DNA of 64,000 bases from positions 11,629-75,628 of the forward strand of contig CALWPT010000027.1 of the NCBI GenBank assembly GCA_944383495.1. The letters run 5' to 3'. Below are positions 46,859 through 56,761 of the stretch, in pieces (position 1 is the first letter of the stretch; each line of letters opens with the position of its first letter). The stretch comes from an uncultured Clostridia bacterium. GTDB lineage: Bacteria; Bacillota; Clostridia; Oscillospirales; Acutalibacteraceae. Position numbers and translations under genes: made by a program. Under the pieces are notes generated by a model. The model was not told the DNA's origin, ran no database searches, and saw only the letters and a program-made list of their open reading frames with translations.

Positions 46859-48701
46859 TTTGAACCGCCTCTTTCGCCAGCCCGCAGAGGGACAGCGCAT
46901 CCAGTCCGCAGTCTTGAAAGCTTTCGCAAACCGAAGCCTGTCCTAAAAAGACGTCTCCTACAGCACGGATGCGGTATTGACCTCGAAAGCCGCCCTCCGC
47001 CAGCAGCGCACCGTAATGCTCGCCGATGCCGCCAGCCTGTACGCCTTCTTCCACGAAAATAACCTGCTGGCAATCCAAAACGGCTGAAACCGCCATGGAG
47101 TCAATGGGCTTGATTCGATCCAGGCAAACGGTTCGAAAGCCGATGCCTTCCTTTAACAGTTCCTCTTGCGCTTCCAATACATTCTGAATCATACGTCCAT
47201 AGGTAACAAAGGCATACGGCCCCTCGCCAAATACGGTATACGGCCCTTGAAAATCAATTCGCCTTTTTCCCTGCGCGCCCCGGGGATAGCGGACAGCCGC
47301 AAGCCCCTTTTCTTCATAAATCGCGGTATACAGATCCCTATGAAGCTGTTCATAACTCGCAGGGGAATAAATGGTCATATTGGGGATAGAGTTTAAAAAC
47401 GCCGCATCAAACACACCTTGATGGGTTTCCCCATCCTCCCCTACAATGCCAGCCCGGTCAACCGCCAACACCAGCTTTACATTCATGATCGCCGCGTCAT
47501 GAATCACCTGATCCACACTGCGCTGGAGAAACGAGGAATAAACGGCAAACACCGGAAGCAGCCCGCTGACGGCCAGCGCCGCGCCGAACGTTACCGCGTG
47601 CTGCTCGGCAATGCCCACATCGTAAAACCGATTTCGAAATTTTTCTCGAAAGGCCGTAAGGCCGGTTCCCTCCGTCATGGCGGCGGTGATGGCGCAAATT
47701 CGCTTATCCTTCTCAGCCAGTTCCGTCAGCGTTTCACCAAAGAAGTAACTAAAGCTGTTTTTAGACTGGTTATATTCTCCCGTGCTGATATCAAAGCCGG
47801 GCACGCCATGAAAATCCTTGGGGTTCCTCTCAGCGTATTCATACCCTTTTCCCTTGACTGTGTTGATATGCACCAACGCCGGACGGCGCATTTTTTTCGC
47901 TGTTTCCAAAACAGACACTAATTTATGTAAATCGTGTCCATCCAGCGGCCCCAGGTAGGAAAACCCCATTTCTTCAAACCAGTTGCTGTGATATAAAGAG
48001 TTTTTAATGGCTGATTTGGACCGAAGCAAAAAATCCCGCAAATGGTTCCCCACCAAAGGAATTTTTTTGACAAGCCGCTCTACGCCCGTTTTAAACTTAT
48101 AGTAAGTCGGTTCCGAACGGATAACCGCCAGATATCGCGCGATAGAGCCAACATTTTTGGAGATCGACATCTTATTATCGTTTAAAACAACAATGAGGTT
48201 ATCGTGACTGCGCCCGGCGTTGTTCAAGGCCTCGTAAGCCATACCGCCGGTCAGCGCCCCGTCTCCGATCACGGCGATCACATATCCCGGCTCCCCCTTC
48301 AGGGATTTGGCCTGGCTGAGCCCGAACGCCGCGGAAATGGAGGTGCTGCTATGGCCGGCGATAAATGCGTCGTGCTCGCTTTCAGAAGGTTTCGGGAATC
48401 CGGCGATGCCCCCCTTGGTTCGCAAGGTGGAAAACTTGTCTTTTCGTCCGGTCAGAATTTTATGGGCATAGCTTTGATGGCCCACATCCCAAACAATTTT
48501 ATCCAAAGGGGAGGAAAACACCTTATGAAGCGCCACCGTCAGCTCCACTACGCCTAAATTAGAGGCGAGATGCCCCCCTGTCTTGGAAACGGTACCGATC
48601 AAAATTTGACGCACTTCGGCGCACAATGCCTCCATTTCTCCCAAAGACAGGTTCCGGATATCCTCCGGCGTTTTTATATTGTCAAGGATGAGATCCGACA
48701 T
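46851..48701 (-). CDS. dxs: 1-deoxy-D-xylulose-5-phosphate synthase
   Basis: GGHLASNLG, GHSSTSISAA, and the ThDP motif GDGALTGGMAYEALNNAG. Confidence 0.9.
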   Translation of the reverse strand: MSDLILDNIKTPEDIRNLSLGEMEALCAEVRQILIGTVSKTGGHLASNLGVVELTVALHKVFSSPLDKIVWDVGHQSYAHKILTGRKDKFSTLRTKGGIAGFPKPSESEHDAFIAGHSSTSISAAFGLSQAKSLKGEPGYVIAVIGDGALTGGMAYEALNNAGRSHDNLIVVLNDNKMSISKNVGSIARYLAVIRSEPTYYKFKTGVERLVKKIPLVGNHLRDFLLRSKSAIKNSLYHSNWFEEMGFSYLGPLDGHDLHKLVSVLETAKKMRRPALVHINTVKGKGYEYAERNPKDFHGVPGFDISTGEYNQSKNSFSYFFGETLTELAEKDKRICAITAAMTEGTGLTAFREKFRNRFYDVGIAEQHAVTFGAALAVSGLLPVFAVYSSFLQRSVDQVIHDAAIMNVKLVLAVDRAGIVGEDGETHQGVFDAAFLNSIPNMTIYSPASYEQLHRDLYTAIYEEKGLAAVRYPRGAQGKRRIDFQGPYTVFGEGPYAFVTYGRMIQNVLEAQEELLKEGIGFRTVCLDRIKPIDSMAVSAVLDCQQVIFVEEGVQAGGIGEHYGALLAEGGFRGQYRIRAVGDVFLGQASVCESFQDCGLDALSLCGLAKEAVQNG

Positions 48702-48717
48702 GATGGTCGCTCCGTTC

Positions 48718-49170
48718 TTAAACAATAATCATAGGAACCAGAATACCCAGCAGCGCGCCGCCCAAAACCTCCAGGGGCGTATGGCCCAGCTTTTCCTGCA
48801 ATTCAGCGACCTCTTCTCCATCTTCCTCCAGTTCTATGGCGTCGGACATTTGGTTGAGGCGCTTGGCATGCTCGCCCGCCGCACGGCGGACGCCCATCGC
48901 GTCATAAATCACCACGCAGGCAAACATAAAACAGACTGCAAAAATGGGAGAACCAGGGCCGACTGAGCGCACAGCGGCCAGAGCAAGGGAACAAACCATC
49001 GCTGTATGAGCGCTTGGCATGCCGCCCGCTCCCACCAGGCGTTCCGGGTCAAATTTCCGCGTCGCTATCCATTTAACAATACATTTGGCCAACTGCGCCG
49101 CCGCCCACGCAATAACCGCGCAGACCAGCATGTAATTTCCAATTAAACTCTGGATTGTCGACATAACCAC
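48718..49170 (-). CDS. divergent PAP2 family membrane protein (DUF212)
   Basis: GGMPSAHTA motif and four helices. Confidence 0.75.
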   Translation of the reverse strand: MVMSTIQSLIGNYMLVCAVIAWAAAQLAKCIVKWIATRKFDPERLVGAGGMPSAHTAMVCSLALAAVRSVGPGSPIFAVCFMFACVVIYDAMGVRRAAGEHAKRLNQMSDAIELEEDGEEVAELQEKLGHTPLEVLGGALLGILVPMIIV

Positions 49171-49261
49171 TCCCCCACATTACTTCCCCACGGATCAAAG
49201 CGGAGGCCAACATACCAGGCGCCGCTGCGGATCGTTTCGTTTTCATGTAATTTTGAGCTGT

Positions 49262-50146
49262 TCAAGCCGTTCTTTCCGCTAGGTATTCGGCAAACAGGCA
49301 CAGCGTTTCGCTGTCTAAAAACGCCGAAGCCTCCTGCCGGGCCTGCTCCGTCAGCTGTCGGATCGCACTTTGACACTTTTCCGGGCCCAAAAGCGTATAA
49401 TAGGTGTTTTTTCCGTTAACCGCGTCGCTTCCCGCCGGCTTTCCCAAAATTTCACTGGTGGAGGTCGCGTCCAAAATATCATCCACGATTTGAAACGTCA
49501 GCCCAATGCAGCCGCAATAGCCCAAGGCGGCCCGAAGCTGCTCTGGCTTTCCTCCGGCCAGCAGGCATCCAATCTCTCCGCAGACCCGGATCATCGCCGC
49601 CGTCTTCCCCTCGTGCATTTTCTGTAAAATATCCAAGGTTACGACCTTATCCTCATACTGCAAATCAATTACCTGACCGCCTACCATGCCCTTCGCCCCG
49701 CTGGCGCGGCCCAAAGCCTCGATCGCCTTAAGAATTTGCTCCGGCTCCATGTGATCATGGCAGGTTTTCGCCGCTGTTTCAAAGGCAAGGCTTAATAGCG
49801 CATCTCCTGCCAACAGCGCAATTTCCTCTGAAAACGCAATGTGGCAGGAGGGCCGTCCCCGACGCATATCGTCGTTATCCATACAAGGCAGGTCATCATG
49901 TATCAACGAATAGGTGTGTATCATCTCAACCGCGCAGGCAAAGGGAAGCGCGTCATAAATATTTCCGCCGCACTGCCGGTAGAATTCCAGCACCAGTGCA
50001 GGCCTGATCCGCTTTCCGCCGCCCAAAAGCGCATATTCCATCGCTTCCACTACGTTTTTTTGCAAGCAGCGCTTGGAAGGCAAGGCTTCCTTCAGCCCGG
50101 CCTCGATCATAGGCGCGTAGCTGTTCAGCATTTCATTTGCAGTCAT
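49262..50146 (-). CDS. ispA: polyprenyl (farnesyl/geranylgeranyl) diphosphate synthase
   Basis: First Asp-rich motif LIHDDLPCMDNDDMRRG and second motif FQIVDDILD. ATG 50146 overlaps the xseB stop (ATGA). Confidence 0.85.
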   Translation of the reverse strand: MTANEMLNSYAPMIEAGLKEALPSKRCLQKNVVEAMEYALLGGGKRIRPALVLEFYRQCGGNIYDALPFACAVEMIHTYSLIHDDLPCMDNDDMRRGRPSCHIAFSEEIALLAGDALLSLAFETAAKTCHDHMEPEQILKAIEALGRASGAKGMVGGQVIDLQYEDKVVTLDILQKMHEGKTAAMIRVCGEIGCLLAGGKPEQLRAALGYCGCIGLTFQIVDDILDATSTSEILGKPAGSDAVNGKNTYYTLLGPEKCQSAIRQLTEQARQEASAFLDSETLCLFAEYLAERTA

Positions 50147-50361
50147 TCGTTCTCTCCTTTTTCGGCTTGCGAGGTCAGCTTCAAAATTTTCTGCTGCGCC
50201 TGTTCCAATTTCTTTGTGCAATAACCGGTGAGCTTCACGCCCTCCTCAAACAGCGCCATCGCCTCATCCAGCGGCTGCCGGCCCGATTCCAGAAGCGCTG
50301 CGATCTCCTCCAGCCGTTTCATCGCGGCCTCAAATGTCATTTCCTCCATGGACTGCTTCAT
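50143..50361 (-). CDS. xseB: exodeoxyribonuclease VII small subunit
   Basis: MTFEAAMKRLEEIAALLESG..LDEAMALFEEGVKL is typical of XseB. Alternative starts at 50349 and 50340. Confidence 0.85.
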   Translation of the reverse strand: MKQSMEEMTFEAAMKRLEEIAALLESGRQPLDEAMALFEEGVKLTGYCTKKLEQAQQKILKLTSQAEKGENE

Positions 50362-51547
50362 CCTTTCTGACGCTGGTAACCGTCATATCCGCCTCTCCGT
50401 CTTGCAGACGGAGGGTCACCCTGTCTCCCATCGACAGGGCCGCCGCCGAGTCAACGATTCGATCTCCCTTTTTTAAGACTGCGTACCCACGGCCTAAAAC
50501 TCGCAGAGGGCTCAGCGCATCCAGCCTGGCGCTTAAGGCCGATAGCCGGCCCTTGCACTGCTCCGTCATGAGCGTAAATGACTGAAGCAGGCTGCGGCTC
50601 ATACTGTCCGCCTCCTGGCGTTGACGATCCAGCAATGCTTCAGGATGCTGAAGGTACCGGCGCTGCTTCACCTGCTCCAATTGGTGAGAGGCCCGATCCA
50701 TCGTCCCCTGTAAGGCCAAGGAAAGCCGGGTTTTATAAGACCGGATAGAGCCAAGCAGTTCGTTTTGATCGGGCACAGCCAATTCCGCCGCGGCGGAAGG
50801 CGTCGGTGCGCGAAGATCGGCGGCAAAATCACAAATGGTAAAATCTGTCTCATGGCCCACGGCGGAGATCACAGGGATAGAAGAACAGTATACCTCCCTT
50901 GCCAGCTCCTCGCTGTTAAAGGCCCAAAGTTCCTCGATGGAGCCGCCGCCCCGTCCGATTATAATGACGTCCGCCGCCTGGCGGCGGTTGACCTCCCGTA
51001 AAGCGTCAATTAACTGGGGAACGGCCGCCGCCCCTTGCACCTGGACCGGACAAAAAACAATTCTTGCCAGCGGGTACCGGCGGCCCAGAATATTCATTAT
51101 GTCCCGAACCGCGGCTCCGGTGGGCGAAGTGATAACCGCAATTGTTTCCGGATACGGCGGCAGTTCCTTTTTATGCTCCTCGTTAAACAGTCCCTCTTCC
51201 CGCAGCTTTTTGCAAAGCTGCTCAAAGGCTACGCTCAATGCGCCGACCCCATCCGGCTGCATATCCGTCAGATACAACTGATATTGTCCGTCCCTTTCAT
51301 ACAAGGACACCCGGCCGCGGCAGACGACGCGCATGCCGTTCTCCGGCGCAAACCTTAGCTTTGAGGCGCTGCTTTTAAACATTACCGCCTTCACAAGGGC
51401 CCCTTCATCCTTCAGGCTCATGTACAAATGGCCGCTGCGATAGTGGTTCGTAAAATTAGAAATCTCTCCCACCACCCAAACGCTTTGCAGAACCGTGCTG
51501 GAATCAAGAAAGGATTTTACATAAAGATTCAATTGGGTGATGGTCAT
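50330..51547 (-). CDS. xseA: exodeoxyribonuclease VII large subunit
   Basis: N-terminal OB fold (VWVVGEISNF), IAVITSPTGAAVRD, and RGGGSIEELWAFN. Confidence 0.9.
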   Translation of the reverse strand: MTITQLNLYVKSFLDSSTVLQSVWVVGEISNFTNHYRSGHLYMSLKDEGALVKAVMFKSSASKLRFAPENGMRVVCRGRVSLYERDGQYQLYLTDMQPDGVGALSVAFEQLCKKLREEGLFNEEHKKELPPYPETIAVITSPTGAAVRDIMNILGRRYPLARIVFCPVQVQGAAAVPQLIDALREVNRRQAADVIIIGRGGGSIEELWAFNSEELAREVYCSSIPVISAVGHETDFTICDFAADLRAPTPSAAAELAVPDQNELLGSIRSYKTRLSLALQGTMDRASHQLEQVKQRRYLQHPEALLDRQRQEADSMSRSLLQSFTLMTEQCKGRLSALSARLDALSPLRVLGRGYAVLKKGDRIVDSAAALSMGDRVTLRLQDGEADMTVTSVRKDEAVHGGNDI

Positions 51548-51551
51548 AGGT

Positions 51552-52511
51552 TTATCTTCCAGCAATTGAAGCTTCCTCCCTTTCCAACATTTTTGCCGCG
51601 TATAAGGCGACTCCAGCCGCGTTGTCGCTAGAGAACTCCGGATCGGCAAACCTGCCGTTGTACCGCCTGGTCAGCCGCTCCCGAATCCTCCGGTTGGACA
51701 TAACGCCCCCCGCGTATAAAAGCGGCAGATTTCCATATCGTTCCAGCACGGCTGCCGTCATTTCTTCCAGCGCGGCGCAAATGGAGGCAATGCAGTAAGC
51801 GGCAACATATTCCCTCGGCTCGCCTCTTTCAAGCATGGCAAGGCACCTGTTTTCCACCCCAGACAAGGAGCAATCCGCCCCTTGCATAGACGCTTTGACA
51901 GACAGCTTCTGGAAGCATCCTTCCGCCAGCCGTTCCAACTCGCTCCCCGCAGGAAAGGATAGGCCCAACGCGGCGCCGACCCGATCCACCGCCTGTCCCG
52001 CCTTCAGGTCCAGGCTCTTTGCAATAACCCGGCAGTCAAACAGACCGCCTTTTGCCGGCGTTACCAGCACTCCCTCAGTGGTGCCGCCAGATAAGTGGAA
52101 CGCGATAAACGGCTTGCTCAGAAGCTCCATCGACCCAGCGGAATAAAGGGCCGCCAAAATGTGTCCCGCCTGATGAGAGCAATAAAAAACCGGCAATCCA
52201 GCCGCTGCGCCTATGCTTTTTGCCGTGCCCGCGCCGGTTAAAAAGCAGGGCATATAAGAGTCTGGCGCTCCCCGCGGCCGGTCAGACGCGCCGACAGCAG
52301 AAATCCGGGCGGAAAAATCCAAAAAAAGCGCCGACAAAATACCAGGCAATGCCCGGATATGTTCAAACACCGCATCGCTCTGGCGAAGACCTAGCGCCCC
52401 CTCTTTCACAGGCAGCAGTTTCTTTTTCTGCCAAAGCTCTCCAGTCTTAAGATCGTATAACGCGGCGGAAGTGGTATAATTACTGGTGTCAATTCCCAAA
52501 ACGACGGTCAC
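51552..52511 (-). CDS. Kae1/TsaD (peptidase M22, ASKHA-fold) family paralogue
   Basis: VLGIDTSNYTTSAAL phosphate-1 motif and a His pair in CSHQAGHILAA (TsaD has HxxxH). At 319 aa it is shorter than canonical TsaD. Confidence 0.6.
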   Translation of the reverse strand: MTVVLGIDTSNYTTSAALYDLKTGELWQKKKLLPVKEGALGLRQSDAVFEHIRALPGILSALFLDFSARISAVGASDRPRGAPDSYMPCFLTGAGTAKSIGAAAGLPVFYCSHQAGHILAALYSAGSMELLSKPFIAFHLSGGTTEGVLVTPAKGGLFDCRVIAKSLDLKAGQAVDRVGAALGLSFPAGSELERLAEGCFQKLSVKASMQGADCSLSGVENRCLAMLERGEPREYVAAYCIASICAALEEMTAAVLERYGNLPLLYAGGVMSNRRIRERLTRRYNGRFADPEFSSDNAAGVALYAAKMLEREEASIAGR

Positions 52512-52915
52512 GAACCAGGCTCCTCCGTTTTTCGGGCAATGGATCCCAAAACGCCGTTAATGTAAGCAGGTTCATCGTCCCCCCCGAATTCCTTCGCCAA
52601 CTCCACCGCCTCATTGATAGCAACGCCGACCGGGGTATCGCTGCAAAACCGCATTTCATAAACCGCCAGCCGCATCAGACACAAGGAGACCTTCGGCAGC
52701 CGGTCCAGCCGCCAACCCACCAGATTGGGGGAGATGATTTGATCCAACTCCTCCCGGTGTTCGCTGACGCCCCGGGCGATTCGGTTCACATAATCGTCAG
52801 CCTCTAGTTCCCGCGCTTCAACGGCGGCGCTGATAATTTCGCCCATGTCTTCCTTATGAAAGCATTGCTCAAAAATAAGGTAAAAAATATTTTTCCTTGC
52901 TTGGGTCCGCGTCAT
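52508..52915 (-). CDS. nusB: transcription antitermination factor NusB
   Basis: MTRTQARKNIFYLIFE ... AINEAVELAKEFGGDDEPAYINGVLG. Confidence 0.9.
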   Translation of the reverse strand: MTRTQARKNIFYLIFEQCFHKEDMGEIISAAVEARELEADDYVNRIARGVSEHREELDQIISPNLVGWRLDRLPKVSLCLMRLAVYEMRFCSDTPVGVAINEAVELAKEFGGDDEPAYINGVLGSIARKTEEPGS

Positions 52916-52986
52916 ATGCTTTTTGTTCCCCTTTAAAGAAGGCTATACCCTCCGCCGCACACGGCAGAGGGCTTCTTGCCCGATTT

Positions 52987-53343
52987 TTAAGCCTTTAAAA
53001 TCAGATCCTCCACATGGACGTTGACTTTTGTCACCACGCGCCCCGTCATATTCTGAACCGCTTCCTTGACGCTGGCCTGAACCGCCTCAACCGTCGGCTT
53101 TATTTTTGCGCCAGATTCCAGCACCAAGTGGATATCGATGACGGTTTCCTCATCGGTATTGGTAATTTTAACCGCCTTTGAAGATTCCTGCCGTTTCATA
53201 AAGCCCTTTAGGTTAACCGTCGGCGGTGTGACCTTTGCGACGCCCGCAATATCCATTGCGGCTACGCTGGCAATCCGGGCGACCACCTCTTCGGAAATCA
53301 CCAGTGCGCCTACATTTTTATTACGCATTTCATCCATGTTCAT
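52987..53343 (-). CDS. Asp23/Gls24 family envelope stress protein
   Basis: ..GALVISEEVVARIASVAAMDIAGV.. and a C-terminal VNVHVEDL. The start is at ATG 53343, which has a GGAAAGGAAAGG RBS. Confidence 0.85.
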   Translation of the reverse strand: MNMDEMRNKNVGALVISEEVVARIASVAAMDIAGVAKVTPPTVNLKGFMKRQESSKAVKITNTDEETVIDIHLVLESGAKIKPTVEAVQASVKEAVQNMTGRVVTKVNVHVEDLILKA

Positions 53344-53527
53344 TACCTTTCCTTTCCGGGAAAATTGCACCGGGATCAAGCTGCTGTTGCTTCCAAAACG
53401 CCGCAATACCATGATAGAATCATAAAAACCCGCAAGCTTCAAAGCGCGGCTTTCCGGCGCAGAACAAATAAAGTGGTATAACAGCCGCAGGGAACAGCGG
53501 AAACCTCCGTTCATTCCTATTACGGTT

Positions 53528-53555
53528 ATTATACCACATTATTTTAATTTCTCAA
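53528..53555 (-). promoter_or_regulatory. candidate promoter downstream of spoIIIAH (would give a ~180-nt asp23 leader)
   Basis: On the minus strand: TTGAGA (53555-53550), 16-nt spacer, TGgTATAAT (-10 at 53533-53528). Confidence 0.45.
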
Positions 53556-54134
53556 CTATTTTACTTCGATAATCTTAATATTTTCTAAAGAAATCTTGGC
53601 CTGGGATGTGATAATATCGTTAATCTGTACCGTCTCGCTGGCCAGCAATCCATCGGATTTCACAATGACGCTGGCCGTATCGTCAGCGATAATGACAACG
53701 CAATCGGAAAAGCCCTTTGCCTTAATCAGCGTTTCCGCCGCGTTCTCCAGCTCCACGTTTTTGGCTATTTTAGCCGCTTCGGAGGCCGCCGCGGTTTTCG
53801 CAGCGCTGTCTGCCTTAACGTCATTCATAATATCCTGCAAATTGGCAAGGGACTTCTCCCGCGCAGTTTCCCGATCCTTGCGGGATTGTTCAAAAAAGCT
53901 GGAGTCCTCCGTGCCGCTGTTATCCGTTTGGTCGCTGCTATTGGCCGCGACGGTGGTAGATTTATTAACATACTGAGCGTCGCCCAGGTATTTTGAGCTG
54001 TTTAAAGCAGCGGTCAGATCCAGCTCCTGATCGGTACTGGCGAATTTCCAGTTGAGAAAGACCGCCAGGCCCAGCGCGCAGATGAGTCCTGCCAGAATCA
54101 GCTGCCGTTTTCCAATAATCATTGACTTTTTCAT
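53556..54134 (-). CDS. spoIIIAH: stage III sporulation protein AH
   Basis: Signal-anchor MKKSMIIGKRQLILAGLICALGLAVF, an acidic linker, and a C-terminal YscJ-like ETLIKAKGFSDCVVIIADDTASVIV. Last gene of the spoIIIA operon. Confidence 0.8.
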   Translation of the reverse strand: MKKSMIIGKRQLILAGLICALGLAVFLNWKFASTDQELDLTAALNSSKYLGDAQYVNKSTTVAANSSDQTDNSGTEDSSFFEQSRKDRETAREKSLANLQDIMNDVKADSAAKTAAASEAAKIAKNVELENAAETLIKAKGFSDCVVIIADDTASVIVKSDGLLASETVQINDIITSQAKISLENIKIIEVK

Positions 54135-54162
54135 ATTCTTACCTCCAAAATAATATGTTTCA

Positions 54163-54723
54163 TCACGCGCCGGTAAAGGTGACATACACCCTGGTAGATG
54201 GAATATCCAGGGCTGTGGTGACGGCGTTTTCCAGCGCCTCCTGCATTTCCTGGCTTCCCGCCGACTGGCATACGAGAACGACGCCCTTCACCGTGGGCGG
54301 CAGTTTGGTAATCACCAACGGCTGCTGAGACCCGGAATCCCCATTCATCAGAACAAAGGATTTTTCGCTGCTATCCTTTTTAGAGGACTGGGATTTTGCA
54401 TCTCCGTCCTGGCTGTCGCTTTCATTGGAATCCGCTTTTTCCTCGTTGGCGTATACATATTCCTCCCCTGAATTTAATGTGACCAGCGCCCTTACCTGCC
54501 GGGCTCCGGTGATATCGGCCGCCATTTCCTCCAGCTGTTCTTCCAGCCGGGCGGCATAAGCGGCGCTCGTATCCCCCTCTGCCGTTTCCTCCTTGTCCCT
54601 TGAAAGGGGAAAAAAGGAGGAAATGAAAATCAGAAGGATACCAACAATCCCAATGATACATATGATTTTTCCCTTCCCTTTATGCCCAAAAAAGGATAAA
54701 AAGGCCGTTTTTATATCTTTCAT
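54163..54723 (-). CDS. spoIIIAG: stage III sporulation protein AG
   Basis: N-terminal TM. The C-terminal ..PTVKGVVLVCQSAGSQEMQEALENAVTTALDIPSTRVYV parallels B. subtilis SpoIIIAG. Confidence 0.8.
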   Translation of the reverse strand: MKDIKTAFLSFFGHKGKGKIICIIGIVGILLIFISSFFPLSRDKEETAEGDTSAAYAARLEEQLEEMAADITGARQVRALVTLNSGEEYVYANEEKADSNESDSQDGDAKSQSSKKDSSEKSFVLMNGDSGSQQPLVITKLPPTVKGVVLVCQSAGSQEMQEALENAVTTALDIPSTRVYVTFTGA

Positions 54724-55199
54724 GCTTCTGCCTCCATGACAGTGGCGTCCAGTCCCAGCTGGCTTTTCACAAACGAGCGAATTCTCCCGGCTTTGTCCAT
54801 ATCTTCTTTGGATACCATAATTTGAACGCCCTGCACCTCAATCCGCCCGTCTTCGCCCCGATTTAGTATCAGCTTAATTTCCGCCTCTTCCACGTTGCAT
54901 TGGCGCACGCACTGCTCCAACTGGGGCTTGAGCGCATCGGCAGCGCTCTCCGCCATCTGGTTGAATAAGACCTCGTTAAGCCGGCTGAAAGCTTCGGTGG
55001 GCGGGGAGGAAATCTCAGGGAGCTCCACACCGAGAGACACCTTTCCCGTGAAAGGCGTAATGATGATGCACAGCACAAAGCAGGCCAGCAGGATCCGCAT
55101 GACCCGAGCGGCAGAGCCGTTTGGTATTATCATGGTCAAGACGCCCGCCGCCACCGCAGCAAAGCATAGGGACAGCATCCATCCTTGTACCGTGCTCAT
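54720..55199 (-). CDS. spoIIIAF: stage III sporulation protein AF
   Basis: Two N-terminal helices, plus operon position between AE and AG. Confidence 0.75.
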   Translation of the reverse strand: MSTVQGWMLSLCFAAVAAGVLTMIIPNGSAARVMRILLACFVLCIIITPFTGKVSLGVELPEISSPPTEAFSRLNEVLFNQMAESAADALKPQLEQCVRQCNVEEAEIKLILNRGEDGRIEVQGVQIMVSKEDMDKAGRIRSFVKSQLGLDATVMEAEA

Positions 55200-56326
55200 A
55201 CGCTCCCTCCCGCCTTAACCACAATAGCAGTTGATATGATAAAAAGGCATCCGCAGCTTAAAACCACCGCCAGCATGATAGAAAGCGCGGAAGCGATGGA
55301 GCGAAGCATGGCAGTCACCTGATCCAGTGCGAACAGTTCGCCGGCTGCGCAGCAGAGATGAAGCGCCAGCATCCACAGAAGTATTTCCAGCAGCACCGGC
55401 AAAAACAAAACCGCCAACGCAATCACCGCGTAAACACCAACGCTGGACTGCAAAAGTCCCAGGCAGCTTTGCACGGATCCCAACGCGTCTCCCAACGCGC
55501 TGCCAACCACGGGCACAAAGCTTCCGGCAAAAAACTTCGCCGTCCGGATTCCAACGCTGTCTCCCGCTGCGCCGATGGTGCTTTGCAGCGTCAATACGCC
55601 GACAAACACCGTCATACTGATCCCCAGCGTCCAAACAACCGCCTTTTTGATGGTATCGGTCACACCTCGCAGCTTCAGCCCGCCCGAAACGCCTCCCGCC
55701 GCGCACAAGGCAAGGTACATGCCCACAAAGGGGGTGACCAGTCCCGCCAGCGTCTGCGAAACGATCTGGGAAACGCCGTACAGGGAAGCGGAAAATGCGG
55801 CGGAGGACCCCACGCGGCCCGCCGCAACGAGAATACCTGCCAGCACCGGCACTAGCGCCAGCATAAATCCAGCGCTGAGCTTAACCGCTTGGGCCGTTTT
55901 GAAGATAGTGGAACAAAGGGGTAGGATTACGATAACCGCCGCCGCCAAAGTAGCGGCGTATCCTGTCGCGCCCTGTAACGGCTTTTGCAGGCCGGTTTCT
56001 CCGATCCCCTCGGTTAGGGCTACCAAAAGAATCACGCCAAACAGCGCCAGCATCGCTTTAAAGGGGGCGGCCATTTGCTCTTTTGCTGTTTCCCAAAGCT
56101 TTGTAAAAAATGTGCCGATACCAATATCAGTCAGGCTCTCGGGGTTTTCCGGATCCAATCCCATTTCAAAAAGGAACTCTTTCGTTTCATCCGGAAGGCT
56201 GTTCTCCAGCTCGCCTGCTCCGGAGCCTTCAAACTGCTCTTGGTATAATATTTCACTTTTATCCTGCGCTGCGGCGGTCGTGGTAAACAGAACGCAGAAA
56301 AGCAAGATCGGAAGCAACTTTTTCAT
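55196..56326 (-). CDS. spoIIIAE: stage III sporulation protein AE
   Basis: Signal peptide plus a polytopic membrane domain of about 370 aa. Operon position fits. Confidence 0.85.
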   Translation of the reverse strand: MKKLLPILLFCVLFTTTAAAQDKSEILYQEQFEGSGAGELENSLPDETKEFLFEMGLDPENPESLTDIGIGTFFTKLWETAKEQMAAPFKAMLALFGVILLVALTEGIGETGLQKPLQGATGYAATLAAAVIVILPLCSTIFKTAQAVKLSAGFMLALVPVLAGILVAAGRVGSSAAFSASLYGVSQIVSQTLAGLVTPFVGMYLALCAAGGVSGGLKLRGVTDTIKKAVVWTLGISMTVFVGVLTLQSTIGAAGDSVGIRTAKFFAGSFVPVVGSALGDALGSVQSCLGLLQSSVGVYAVIALAVLFLPVLLEILLWMLALHLCCAAGELFALDQVTAMLRSIASALSIMLAVVLSCGCLFIISTAIVVKAGGSV

Positions 56327-56370
56327 TTTGTTTTCTCCTGTGCCGAATCCCGGCTATTTTCACAACATGC

Positions 56371-56757
56371 TCATTCCATTAGCTGGGTGATCAGCCCCGC
56401 TACCTTTGTAATCATGGGAATGCACAGCGCCAAGATGGACATACGTCCGCCCAGCTCGATCTTTGAAGCAAGAGAGCTCTCGCCCGCGTCGCGGCAAACG
56501 TCGGCGCCCAACTGGGTTATAAAGCAGATGCCCAGCGCCTTGAGCATGATGACGCCGTATTCTCCGTCCATGCCAGTTTTGTCCACCAGAGAATGAAGCA
56601 CATCCACAACCGGCAGGGAAACGGCGATCACCGCGATCAGAATACCCGCTGAAGCAATTATTCCGGCTATTATGGCAATCTCCGGCTTGATTTGCCGCAG
56701 CAGGGCTACCAAAGCCGCCGCCACTAAAGCCGCCGCGATAATTGATGTAATTTCCAT
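56371..56757 (-). CDS. spoIIIAD: stage III sporulation protein AD
   Basis: 128-aa four-helix protein (..LKALGICFITQLGADVCRDAGESSLASKIELGG..). Confidence 0.85.
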   Translation of the reverse strand: MEITSIIAAALVAAALVALLRQIKPEIAIIAGIIASAGILIAVIAVSLPVVDVLHSLVDKTGMDGEYGVIMLKALGICFITQLGADVCRDAGESSLASKIELGGRMSILALCIPMITKVAGLITQLME

Positions 56758-56761
56758 GACG

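Noticed and set aside
53344-53514. 57-aa N-terminal extension of the Asp23 ORF
   Set aside because: Asp23-family proteins are about 120 aa and begin near ..NVGALVISEEVV.. The internal ATG 53343 has a strong RBS, and the extension has no similarity and odd composition.
55575-56390. 271-aa plus-strand ORF, plus 55358-55855 and 55215-55706, antisense to or out of frame with spoIIIAE
   Set aside because: spoIIIAE is a conserved polytopic membrane protein in its expected operon position. The alternative frames are Pro/Ser/Arg-rich without motifs.
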